From Catajapyx aquilonaris (Eukaryota): a DNA stretch of 47,678 nucleotides. The notes beneath the pieces were generated by a model. It did not search any database and had not been told where the DNA came from. It saw only the letters and a list, made by a program, of their open reading frames with translations. A program made the position numbers and the translations under genes. Positions 12,537-24,942 of this stretch are shown here, piece by piece (position 1 is the first letter of the stretch; every line of letters begins with the position of its first letter). The stretch lies in assembly GCA_000934665.2 (NCBI GenBank), contig KZ538784.1:1-47678 (forward strand). The letters are read 5' to 3'.

Positions 12537-15318
12537 TTATTGGGCAGTGTACGACCCTGCGTGGTGTATAGGTTGCAACGGGGGTTTTAATATTTGAGAG
12601 GAGATAAATTATAATAGTTGTGGAGGCTGAAAGGGGGAATTTTAAATATCTTGTTGGATCATCACGTTTCAGCGGAGTCATGTATACCGTAGCGTTTATA
12701 GTTTACGGCATCGAGATAATAATGCGTAACTAATGGGCTAGATGCTAGAGTTTCCGAACATTATGAATAAATATTTACTGCATGCTGCGGTACTGCATGT
12801 TGGTTTTATACCTGGTCTTTTATTATTGTAGCAGGAATTCAGGTTTAAAATGTGGTGTTTTTATTATGCAGGTGAAATAATACGTTTAACTGTCATTGCT
12901 GACATTGTTGAAAGCCATTGTCGCGTCAGGACCATTTCCTGTTTAATACAATACCGTATATTACATGTTATTAAGTATGGACCCATTTTGAATCACTATA
13001 TCGTCTGACAAGAGTACGCATACAAAATACAAGTATGAACAAAACTTATTAAATACACCGAACAGGTGGTGCAATAATGTCACATGTCACTTTGAAAGTA
13101 GTTATCCTAACCTCATCCATTAATTTTTATCACAACACTATTAAGTTAAATGTTTTCAAATAGCATATCTTTCATTAGGCAGGATGGTGCAACTTATGTC
13201 AACTTCCTTTGGGTTTCTTGTGAATATCTAACTGACCGAAATTACCCTAGTTGATTTTTGCGATTTCACTTTCAATGCAGAGAAAATCGCATGCTAATTT
13301 TAGTTTCTCATCACATGTGTTAATCACAGCAGGTATCATCCTGCCGGTCACTCCAATCCTCAACCAACCATGGTGAAGGGTCGTCTGACACGCTGGATAT
13401 TCTTTGAAATGGTCTTAGGCCCACAGATGTATTAAGGCAGATTAATTATGTGTTGTGTACTTAGAGAGGCCAATAACATTGTCGCCATTTTCGTGGAGTT
13501 ATATAAGACATGTTTTGGAGCCGGAATTGATCAGAGGAACAGCAATTTTTGGTAGGAGCCAAAATGATTAGTTCGTATTTTGTATAATGATACGGTTCAA
13601 TGCTATACTTCAAGGCGAGGTCTTCCATATAGTTATGGAACAATACTGTATCAGCTATTCTGGAACTGCAGGAACAGGTTATATTTTGTCATATGTATAA
13701 CTCAAATTTAACCCCACTACTCCTCCCCCTATTATTTTAAACATTGTTATTATGACTGGTCTCCTGGAACCACAGCAGCTTGTGATGGTAAACAGAGCCA
13801 GTGTAGTGCGAATCTGTTCATTTATAAACATTTTTAGCGATTTATTAACGTCATCAGCCAAAATACAGGGTGTCCACAATGAATATCCCTAGTTTCAATT
13901 TAGGATCTAAATGACAGTCTGAAGAACAAGGAAAAACTTTGGATTAACCTTGGTCCCAACGGGTCCATACATGGAAGACATACATGTGCTGTATTATGCT
14001 GATGATGTAATATTCATGGCAAACAAAAAAAATAGACATGCAGAGTTATTTAAGGTTTTGGTTGTTTAAACGGTCTGGAGACTCAACATCCTGAATTTTT
14101 GGAACAGCCTATGTGATGTGGTGGTGCTCCTGTGGGGAATGCTGTTGGAAGATGCAAACAATAAATAAAAGCTACATAACCGCCACAGCTGGAATCTCCA
14201 TAATTCCACAGAAACATATCAGGTATACTAAAAAGAAAAATTAACTTATGTTTCCACCTAATAACACCAGATTTTAAAACTCCTAAGCTCGATAGTGCAC
14301 CATATAAGCCTACAACCTCAATTGAATATTCTTCAAACACTGCTAACATCATTTCAGGGATTCGAAGGAAAATGTTTCTGGTTGGGGATGAGAAGAACAA
14401 ATTGGAGGGACTGAACGAGGGAGGAAAGGAATAAATTGTCGCCTAACAGCTGTAAGCTTTGGAAATGGAGCCCCCTCCATCCCCCTGCCTCCCCTAAAGC
14501 CTGTGCAATGTGTCACTCTATACCTCTCCCCTTACTCCCCCTAGTCCTCCCCACTCCCTCTGGAAACTCCCCATTAAATCGATCGCGATGACAATCTCCC
14601 ACACCCGTGTTATTGGCACCTGCAAAAGGAGATAACACTAATAATTATTACAGTTAACGGGACGGCGGGCGCTTTATGACGACAATGGTGTCATGGAAGG
14701 CACCTCCATTGACACACATCGTACTTTGTTTATGCCGCCATTCTGAGCAGTTGCACTCAGCGTCGCATGTGGTCAACTCGAGTACTATTGTTGTGGCTTG
14801 AGGCCTAGATGTGACGTCAACGTTGTTGACCTCCACCCTCTTCGAAACAGACCTGCATGTGCGCTATGGATGCCCTCTTTTACCACACCAGTCAGAACTA
14901 CATGCGGTGTTGGGACAAAAGAAATGTCACCCCCATGCGTCCGTACCGTGAGTGTTGTCGAGAGCGATGTGGCTGACGTTGTCACAATGTTCATGAGTGC
15001 GCTTGTCCCGGGTTTTTTTCTCGTTTTTGGAGGGGTAGGGTGTAAAGGCGTGGTTGAAGGGGGTGGGTGGAGGGGGTAAAAGTGTCAGTGAGCTGGACAC
15101 AAATAGATAGACCTGCAGTATATGAACTCGAATAGTGCTGCGTTCAGTCAGAAAAGTTGTTTGAAAATAAACTGCACAGGGTACAGCAGGGTTTTGGCCA
15201 AGTTAAAAGGACATGCAAATCTGAAGTGTGTCTGTGCTCCTTTCTTCAACAAAAGTGTTTGAACTAGTTATAGTGTGACTGGTGACTCAAAACCTCCTTC
15301 CCCTCACAATAAATCGCG

Positions 15319-15421
15319 CCTGAACATATTCGTCCAATTGTCAAAAAAGAGAGACACAGTATATAATTATATAGGTACTATATATGTTGACTTTTTTGAC
15401 AATTGGACGAATATGTTCAGG
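15319..15421. repeat. Perfect 31-bp inverted repeat with AT-rich spacer (small MITE-like)
   Basis: CCTGAACATATTCGTCCAATTGTCAAAAAAG (15319-15349) is the exact reverse complement of 15391-15421. Confidence 0.9.
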
Positions 15422-15835
15422 TTATATATAGACGGATTTTGGCAAATTTCGTATTTTAGTTTCCATATGAAACAGGCTTCTGCATCCAATTCCATCTACT
15501 TCTAATTAGCATGGTGGACAGACTGTGTCAGACATAATGGTGCTAATACAATATTACCCTCCTCAGACCCCCGGTATCACCTGTGATACCTACCAATTTG
15601 CGACTTGAAAAATTCTATTCAGGCATGCGTCACGTTTATCTCCGTCATCAGCGCACATATATGTTCGAACAGTTGTAAAAAAGTAATTAAATCATATTGT
15701 TCCAGAGAGCTGCATTGCCATAACGATTGCGCAACGTTCTCCTTATCTTGGACCCGCTGTTCCTCGTTTTGACACTATCACGGAATGACACTGGAACTTT
15801 AGATTCAAATGGGCAACACTTGTAACAGTTTTTGC

Positions 15836-16213
15836 TAATAATAACAACAATAACAACAACAACAACAACAATAATAATAATAACTAGGCACCAACTTGCC
15901 AAAATTATAGGCAAAAGTGTGAAAGTGGAAGAGACTCGCACCAGGCAGCAGCATTGAAGCTCTATCCGACGGTGAAGTGCAGAAGTAAGCGAGTCGCCAC
16001 CCAGGAGGTGGCGCCCCGAGCCCGGAACGGCTGAAATGGGAATTCCGTGGAAAGGCCGCGGTCGGCTTTTTTTTGCGTTTTTTGAGTTTTACCAAGTCCC
16101 TCGGACCGTTTCCAAAAAACAAAAGTGGTTTGCAAATATAGAAAACACGGGTAAAATTTGGACATCACTCCCGTACAGGCCGTACGGTGCGGGAGAAGTT
16201 TCCAAGACAGTCG

Positions 16214-16288
<75 letters not shown>
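15836..16288 (+). mobile_element. Probable 3' fragment of a non-LTR retroelement embedded in (TAA)n
   Basis: A unique segment 15884-16215 is bracketed by (TAA/CAA)n at 15836-15883 and about 24 TAA units at 16216-16288. A stem-loop CTCCCGTAC/GTGCGGGAG lies at 16168-16195, just before the tail. Confidence 0.55.
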
Positions 16289-16289
<1 letters not shown>

Positions 16290-19010
16290 TGCCAAGTCCG
16301 ACTATTTATCTATGCTAAATATCTATGCAAATTAAATATGCGCTATTACATTGCGCCCATGTAAGTTAACTCCAAAGGATGTTGAACAAACGTAACTAAT
16401 GTAGATATTGAACAGTCTACAGTAGTTCTCTGACTCATTGACTTCAGAACATTGGCAAAGTCACTATCAAAAACCATCGAGTACAAACGAGACAAGGTTG
16501 ACTTTCCAATCTCTTTAAAAGGGGGCCCCACCCTGCCATTTGAATTCGAGCGTTTTTTCTCGATATCCCACGTATAGTGTCATTTACATTTAGACTGCTA
16601 CTTTATTTCGTCCGAGGACTCATTTTCCGTCCCGATGTTTACACGCAACTCCACTTTCCATTTGGAGAGCTGTTTGCTTCGTTTTACTGGAAAAAGCGAC
16701 ATGGAAAATGCGGTGTTTGGACTCTTGACATGCAGCATGATTCCACGGACCGACCCAAGCAGGGGGGGGGGGGNNNNNNNNNNCATCGGTCCAAAAGGTC
16801 CATCTGAAAACCCTCCCCTACAATTGAATCAGACCACTTTTCCTTTGCATGCCAACCAAGATATATTGATAGGTAGATTTTGGCTGTCTTCCTCCCTACG
16901 GTAAAACTACTCTGGGGTTTCCATTTAGATGGTTTATATACATGTTGCGAGTAACGTGTGTTGCGTGATGACGCCGATATAGTCAAGCTCTGCTGCTTTG
17001 GGGACTCAAGAGAGGTTTGATTCTCAATCTCGCACAACAAACAAAAGGGACCAAATTGGCCCGGATGGGGGACGGCCCATATACGTGTCGCTATGTGTCT
17101 GGCCGTCTAGGGACCGTTAGACCCCAGCGCGCGGCTCTGACAATGTGAAATGCTGCTTTCCTGCTTGCTTGCACACGGACATTCCTGGCTCAAAGGCAGT
17201 CCCCATTGTTGCCTATTACATATGTTTTATGATTACCTTCATTATTACATTAATCATCAATTTTTAATTCGGGTTCTGCATTATTATTTGTAGAATTAGT
17301 TAAGTATATGTTGTCTTAACACTGTTGGTAGTTACAACTTTTTAGTGTTAAATTTTGTGTGGTCCTAGTGCATACAAGCACTTTGGAGAGTGGGGTAGGG
17401 GTCTATGACAAAAACGCTCGTTGGTACCGTACGGTACGGTAAAGTTCAATATTACCTGCAATGAAGATCGATGACATTTGCTTACGCACATATTGTTTAC
17501 TGTCCATCTGAATCACTCTTATTATTGCGCATCAACAACTTTAGATGATCCACAACACTGCACGTCTTTAGTCAAAGAAACAAGAAAAAAAATGACGTTT
17601 GATTTTTGGAAGTGTACTGTCGGTGTACTGTACTTGAGCCGGTGCAGCAGCAGGGGATTGCTGTATATATCGGTCGGTTTGTGTTCCCTGGGGAATAGGG
17701 GGACCGAGCAGGCAGGACATCAATAACTCCCCAAAGCCAGAAAGTTGAGGTTGGTGGTGGACAGCCCGAGACCGATAGCGCCCCGATACAAATAGATGCC
17801 ATCGGAGCACTTTGTTCCCCCATGAATTGCTCATGACTTTGGTCGCTCGAGCCAAAGCCTTTCCTGCTCATGCATATACTATATAAACCGGCCGCTTCGC
17901 CGTATATTCTGTTTTTCTTTTCCATGACCAACTCAAGCACCGAGGGCCTAATTTTTTATCAAATCTAGTCGCTCTGACATCACCGACTCTGCAAATTACA
18001 AGGCTCTGACATGTTGGGCATAGAGGGGATTGATCCCTTTTTGTATTAATATTTCTGCATGTTCAAGACCAGCTGAGGGGACTAGACCTGTGGTAAGTGA
18101 ATTGGTATACAGTGTCGTAATGTTATGAATTATGGATATATTGGTTGAACACGGATGTACTGGTCAACATTATGGTATATTATGATGGTTCTTCATTATC
18201 AGCAAAAGACACAAAGTAAAACAAAATTATGCTAAATATTGTGTGTTGTATATATGAGGTGGCACAACCTATAATTTCATGTATTCCACACGAATCTATC
18301 AGGTACACTTAATAGGGATCAAATATGTACAAACAATAATGTCGTGCGAGTATCTCTTAACGATTTGGATGCCCAATAACCAATGTCGCATAGTGTTGAA
18401 ATAAGTAGTTGGATGTGCAATATTTGCTCTTTCCTGACACATGATGCAATGAGCATATTTAGTAAATTTTTAATTCAGTTATTGTTAGAGTACTGTATTT
18501 GAAACGTTGCAGATTATTATCTATACTCAGTAATCTTCGACGTACATATTTAAGGTTATCAGTTAATACTGTTTCAAGAACGACATTTTGTGCTTCTATT
18601 AGCCATTCATATTGCAAATAAAACCACAGCTACAGTAATACAATATAGTATGTAATCAAATAGCAGCAGGGTGTTGAATAGGAAAATGCACTAATTCAAT
18701 AGGCCAATATTGTCGTGGTATGGCATGAAAATGGAACGTTGTGACACCATGAAGACAACGCGAGTGAAATATCGAACATTTAAAAACCAAATAGTGAATA
18801 GTGAATAATAATGTCAGCATAACTCTGCCATAGTGAAGCTTCACTATCATCCCACTTTAGTAACTGTAGGCCTACCTCAAAATATATCATAAAAATTTTA
18901 ATGACATGATCTTTTAGTGTCGAAAATGCTTTTAAATTGAAAAGTGTTTCTATAATTGACAAACTTAATTCAGCATAATTATACGTTTCATACTACAGGA
19001 TTAGTAGACC

Positions 19011-19250
19011 ACCGAAGCAGGTTGGCATAGACGCATAGTGGATATGGCGTCAGACTGCTAATCGGGAAGTCCTAGGTTCGAATCCCGGGGCCGGCAACCC
19101 TGACCGTGGTTTTCTGTGGTTTTCCACGGTCTTTCTAGGATAATTCCGGGGTCTCTTCCGTATAATAGGCCACAGCCGCTTCCTTCCTTTCCTATCCTTG
19201 GAGGTTGAAAGGCAATGTTGGGCTAACCTCCTTAATATCAATTATAAAGT
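19011..19250 (+). mobile_element. tRNA-derived SINE, full head plus central domain
   Basis: A-box-like region about 19022-19041; B box GGTTCGAATCC at 19075-19085; core shared with 3413-3699; probable TSD ATTAGTAGACC / ATTAGTACACC (19000-19010, 19251-19261). Confidence 0.88.
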
Positions 19251-19384
19251 ATTAGTACACCTACCTTGGCTCGTCAACTCCATCATGCATAAAATGCTAT
19301 ATTTTGAACAGCTTTATGATGTACCGTGTGCGGATTTTGTCCTAGGATACCATACTGTATAGGTTTATAGACCATTTTATAGGG

Positions 19385-19456
19385 TAGGCGGAGTGGTGCT
19401 GTGGTAACGCACGCGCCCACGGATGGCAGGGTCCCGGGTTCGATCCCAATTCCGAG
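19385..19456 (+). mobile_element. tRNA-derived SINE head followed by a poly-C tract
   Basis: A box GTGGTGCTGTGG and B box GGTTCGATCCC (about 19437). No complete cloverleaf. Confidence 0.55.
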
Positions 19457-20037
19457 CCCCCCCCCCCCCCCCCCCNCCCCAATGGAATACCGGATGTTCC
19501 CATTTTAATCTTTAGTTTCACGCATACATTATCTTTCTTGTCATTGGTACGCTGCTATACTGTTAATTCGGGATATCAAAATATGCTTACACGTTTACAC
19601 AGGATTTGAATTGCGCAATAGTGGAATTCGCTATTATTGAAGTGGCTGTCGCTGATGTGATAGCAATTATCATGTTTCAGCAAATATAATTACTTCTTAT
19701 TAAGCAGTTATTTTTAACAGTTACGATTATAACTGTTAATATTATACATTGTAGGCCTACCGACTTAGACTTAAACTCTTAGACGGTACTTGTTGATCAC
19801 AAAATACCACCTCCAAAGTCTGTCTGCAGTACATGAATCGGTACATGATTTACGCACTTAAATGTGAAATGAAGAGCTTCAATAAAGTGATTCCTATATT
19901 CACAACCAGGGCATGGACAATAATATTATGATCTCACATGCTGGGGGGGGGGGGGCACCAANTTATTCAGAAGAATATCAGATATCTAAATTATTCTTAA
20001 AAATAAAAAGAGATGCGCTTTCATATGTGTAATAAAT

Positions 20038-20251
20038 TGAAGGGCTCTCTGCAATAACCAGGTATATGCACTTATGACTTTTTCCGAGTTTTAAAGCGAA
20101 AAGCGCAGGTAAGTCCACATTGCAGAGAACCCTTACCGGGAAGCTCTGCAATAACCAGTTATGTGGACTTACTTGGTTTATAGGCTTTTCGCTTTAAAAC
20201 TCTGGAAAGAGTCCTGAGTGCACATACCTGGTTATTGCAGAGATCCTTTCA
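20038..20251. mobile_element. Foldback MITE, superfamily uncertain
   Basis: TGAAGGGCTCTCTGCAATAACCAGGTATATGCACT...GAGTTTTAAAGCGAAAAGC is mirrored by GCTTTTCGCTTTAAAACTC...AGTGCACATACCTGGTTATTGCAGAGATCCTTTCA. Extra internal CTCTGCAA copies occur in both orientations. Confidence 0.85.
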
Positions 20252-23200
20252 TATTGTCCATTTATTAAGTAACATACACCTATAAAATGTACTATAGTAA
20301 ATAACAGGTTTTCAGTGGAATTAATATAGTCTGCTTTTTAAGTTAATAATAATATAAGTTATCTTAAAAATTAAAAATTGCCCTCCCTCTTCTGCACACT
20401 AACTGTAAGTATATTTGGTTGAAGAGCAAAACATCACATACGGTGTCTTTGTTGTCTATAACTTCACTTAAATCCATATACGTATAAGACCCTACGCCAG
20501 CCAATTCAAATCATGTTGTGTTTTTTTTGGTATAATTTTTGGGGGTATAATTTTCGCGATGAAATACATCAAATACGGTACTGTAAAATATTGACTTATG
20601 ATTTGACTATACACTTCCCCTTTAAAATGGTGGCTTGTTCCTCATTACCCTACCGATCCTCCTCTCCATAGTATCACAATATTATTGCAGTCTACACCGA
20701 TAATGGCCTCAGGAGACAATCACTATATGGCTTTATTATATTTCTTTTACGACACTTTCCTTGTTGTAAGATGTGGGCAATGCAGAACTTAAGCAAGCAT
20801 ACCAACATGTACAGAGCGAATGCCACCTTATTGTCTAATTATCAGTTAAACACTTTCAGTGGGCGGAAGTAACAGGAACTGTTACGAATATTTTGTAATT
20901 TCACTTATTTTTACTTTAGGCAGTTAGTATATTGGCCACTCTTGTAACTATATTCAAAAGGGACTGCTTAAAAATAAGCAACTAAGTATGTATAGAAACT
21001 CGAGCTTTCTAATGAAAACACATTGTAAATTGCACAATTTGCCAGTCACATAGGTTCATCAATAATGATGCCTCAGTACAGGTGGGTATCACATGACGTT
21101 TACGTTGTCAGAAGCCTCCCCCACATTTCTACATTATCGGCTGTTCAAACAAGCTCCAGAGACACAACTTAGCACACCTGGTGGATGGAAAATATAGTGT
21201 ATATGCGTAATTAGTTATGCCTGAAGTGCTAATAGTCTCATTATTAGATGGTTGATTTCTACGTTAGGTTATACATTTCCATGCAGACATACCTAAAACA
21301 CGAATAAAAAATGTTCACGTGTTGCTCACATATGGTAGCAGCAAAAAGCAGGGTATAAGAATACTTGTATACTTATGAGTTGTCAGGACCCTAACAGCAC
21401 ATATCCATAGGGCAAGTCAATAATTCCTGCTTTGATGAAAGGCATGTGTCTGAAAGTCATCATATATAATGCTTTGTCATCACCCACCTAGAAACCTCTG
21501 GTATAGGCCTAATTTTATGCGCCCCCCATCTCCCAAGTGTAGATATGGACAGGCCCGATGTTTACAATCAGTGTTGGAAAACAGGACATTTGGAGACGGA
21601 TAAGGATTGGTCAAATATGAAACGCGCCAAAGCATGACATCACAAATCCACCAATTGCAAGAGAGGGGAGACTGGAGAGGACTTGTGTCGAATTTTCATC
21701 ATCAATGATACCAGTCCGGACACACGTGTTTGCAACGTCACTTCCCATAAAAGTGGCGCACGCGCAGGATTATTGTCTGCGACATAGGGTTAAATTCATG
21801 TGAAAACCCATCTTACTAGTCGTAAGGGTCATCTTGTCATAGAGGAATGGCACATGTGGTTTTGCAGGCCAAAAGTTGCGGAGAGGCGACCGATTAGTGG
21901 CAATTATTTTTTAGTTGATTTTGCCAAGTATATAGTCTCACCTTGAGCTTGTTTCTTTCTGAGGGACAACTCTCTTTGTAAGCAAAGAAAAAAAAACTGA
22001 AGGATATGCTAGTTTAGATCAAGAAGTCGCTAATCACTAAGGACATCTTACATGCACCTGTATATCATAATACCATGGTTAACCGCGGTAGTCACTTCAC
22101 CAGGCCAACTTTGACCTGCTTCCCTCCCCTCTGACAAACCAGTACTGCAAGAACATCGATGATGTCAAACACTGTTGACAAATCGAAAGGGGCCGAAAGG
22201 GGCCGACTACAATAATTAGGCAGACATTGCTTATTGACATTGTCCTCCTCATTATTCCTCAACATCCAGTACCACCGCCACATATTGTCATCATAAAACA
22301 ATCGTTAAGAAACACGAGCAGGAAAATGGCGGAGGGATACACGCACCTGGCTTAAAAGATGGCGGCCATGTGGTCCATAGAGTGGCATGTTCCAATCCAG
22401 ATGGAGTTGGTCGACCTTGGGCAGGTGACCTAAGCATCCAGCTTCCGGAGTCGTCGACGACCAGCAGCAGGGACGTATACGACTACTGGATTGATGGTTG
22501 TCGGCTGGTTTTGAGCCCAGCAGCAGGCAGCAACGGGGCAGCTTGGCTGGCCTGGGGTTGGCGGCTTTTATTGGGCCAACAAACTTTGCCTGTTGACTCA
22601 CTGCTGCAGCAGTAGAGGGGTGTGGTGCTGCTGGGATGAGGCGGGGGTGGAGTAGGAGGAGGTGGTGGGTGGGAGGGTGGGAGGAGAGAGGGAGAGGAGG
22701 AAGTCTGGATAGGATGAATAGACACAGATTTATTGCTCAAGATATGTATGGAACATATATGTTGGAACCATTTCCATCTAGGCTTGGATGGATCCATTTG
22801 GCTGCAGGGGACTGTAGTATAGAGACTTAGTGCCTACCTTACCTATACTACTGCTGCCTCCGCAAAGCAGTCGACATATTTACTCGGGCATATCGACCGC
22901 TCTTACTCGTTCCCCCAGTTTCACATTTCTCAAGGTGAAAGTCAGGAAAGCTGAAGAAACGCCAAAAAAATCGCTTCGTAGTAACAATGTTCTCATGGAG
23001 TTGGATTTGAATATTCACCCCCACATGTGTCAAATATGTCAACGTTTCTTGTTAGTTCTTCTGATGCTTCTACTCGCTCATTTGTGTGATGTTCAAAATA
23101 TTAATAACAAATGTAAAAATATCATTCTTCACATAATGGTGATATGTGATGTCGACATATGTCGTAAAAGAGTGTAGCAATAATAATGTGGGAAAAATTG

Positions 23201-24866
23201 GAATCACGCGTTTTGTGATAAAATTATATATGACAAGGGTCGAAAGGTCACATTACGAGGATTGAGACACGAGGGATTTACTCACTAGCAATTCGATTGT
23301 AGGACCTATAGACAACGATTAGGCGGTAAGAGTCGGATAGTACCAGATAGCAGCCGCCTTGAGCCGGACTGAAAAGAGAGATAAGTAACTGGCTCATCCT
23401 GTGACAAAACATTTTGGTTCATCCTGAATATGGTAATCCGTAAGACACATCCATTCACCAGTACAGCATAATTTCCAGGATGAACTTTATGATGATCTTC
23501 AAATTATTTTTTAGCGCCTAATAGATGTCAATTATATTGCCAGGGTGCATATAGGGTTGGATATAAATTGTAACTAATTTACCCCTCTTGAGCAATAAGT
23601 GCCCTTTGGCACTAGTATAGTGCTACTCATAAAGGTGGGTGTTTTCATCTGTGGAGGAATGTCCTGTGCTTGTGCAAACAAACGCAGGGCGCCGATATTG
23701 GAACGGCGGGATTGGTGGAGTTGACAGGTTGAAGGGAGAGGAGGGGAAAATGGGGGGTAGGGAGGAAAGAGGGATTTGAGGATGGCAGGGAGAGAGGGAG
23801 GGTAAGAGGGAGGGGGGGTGGTTTTTCAGCATGGAAACTCTGTTGGATTGTGAGGATTCTCATTGTAAAGTGTCTTGGTGGAAGTCACTGCGATGAATTC
23901 CAATCGAAATATAGGCGAATGAGAACGTTTTTTTTTTTTTTTTTTTTTTTGGGAAAATGGCGTTGTCAAATTTGCTTCGCACACATTGCACCTAAGTTAA
24001 CCAAAACGAGATGAAATTGAGTGCCCCATTAAACTAATACCTCCTCAAACAAACCTATCAAATTAAAACTGTTTTCGTGGCGCAATATGAAGTTATAACA
24101 CGGTTACATGCGTTGGGATTGACTCTTTACATACGCAAGAGGAAACTAGGCGTGCAATATCTCTGCACCCCCCCTACCTCCCCCCCCCTCTCGCCCATAT
24201 TTTATTACCTTATTTAGCACAAACTAGCCTCGACTTTGCAGGTTCCACATTATCATGTGAACATTGACATGTGTGCATGTTTTTGTTTCCTTCCTTATCA
24301 GACATTCAAAGATTGTTACAGTTGTGATGGCTTCGAGGTCGTCGCTCGTGCGTCATTACCCGCTCAAGAGGTTCAAAGATAGTTAATAAATATAGAATTG
24401 AGGGCGTGGCATTGATGCAATTTCAGCTCCGGGGTAATTACCTCGTGGTTTGTTTATATACGTGCGCGATTTTGACCAAATGGCAACAGAATGGTTTAGA
24501 TGTTTGCGAATTACATCCATGAAACGTGCTTAGGGTGGATGGTCGGAAGGCTGAAATAAAAAGTTAATTAGTTTAATCCTGTCCCACATACATTATATTG
24601 TGTACTTGTTACACAGGTGGCATGTATAGTGCAGGGTATGCGATCAGGATTTTTTTTTTTTTTTTTAAAAGGGGTGCTATATTGCGAGTGGAAAAAAAAA
24701 AGTCATAGGAGATTGGCGAAGGGGAAAGAAGTGAACTATAGACCACTATGATGGAGCTATGCTTGATGACGGGGGGGTTGGGTGTCTCCATCTTGAGCGG
24801 TGGTTGCCAGGTCGGTTGCCATGGTATCCGTCCTCTCGGTTGCCATGGGGCCAGATCGATGGATGG

Positions 24867-24942
24867 GCTGCCTGCCTGCCTGCCTGCCTGCATGCATGGG
24901 TCTGCTGCCCTGCCTGCCTGCCTGCTTGCAATGCCTGCCTGG
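24867..24942. repeat. (GCCT)n tetranucleotide repeat, interrupted
   Basis: Runs of TGCC at 24869-24890 and 24906-24941. Confidence 0.9.

Noticed and set aside
19011..19456. True tRNA genes at the A/B-box loci (also 2160 and 30792)
   Set aside because: No complete cloverleaf or acceptor stem; they run on into SINE bodies with tails or TSDs.
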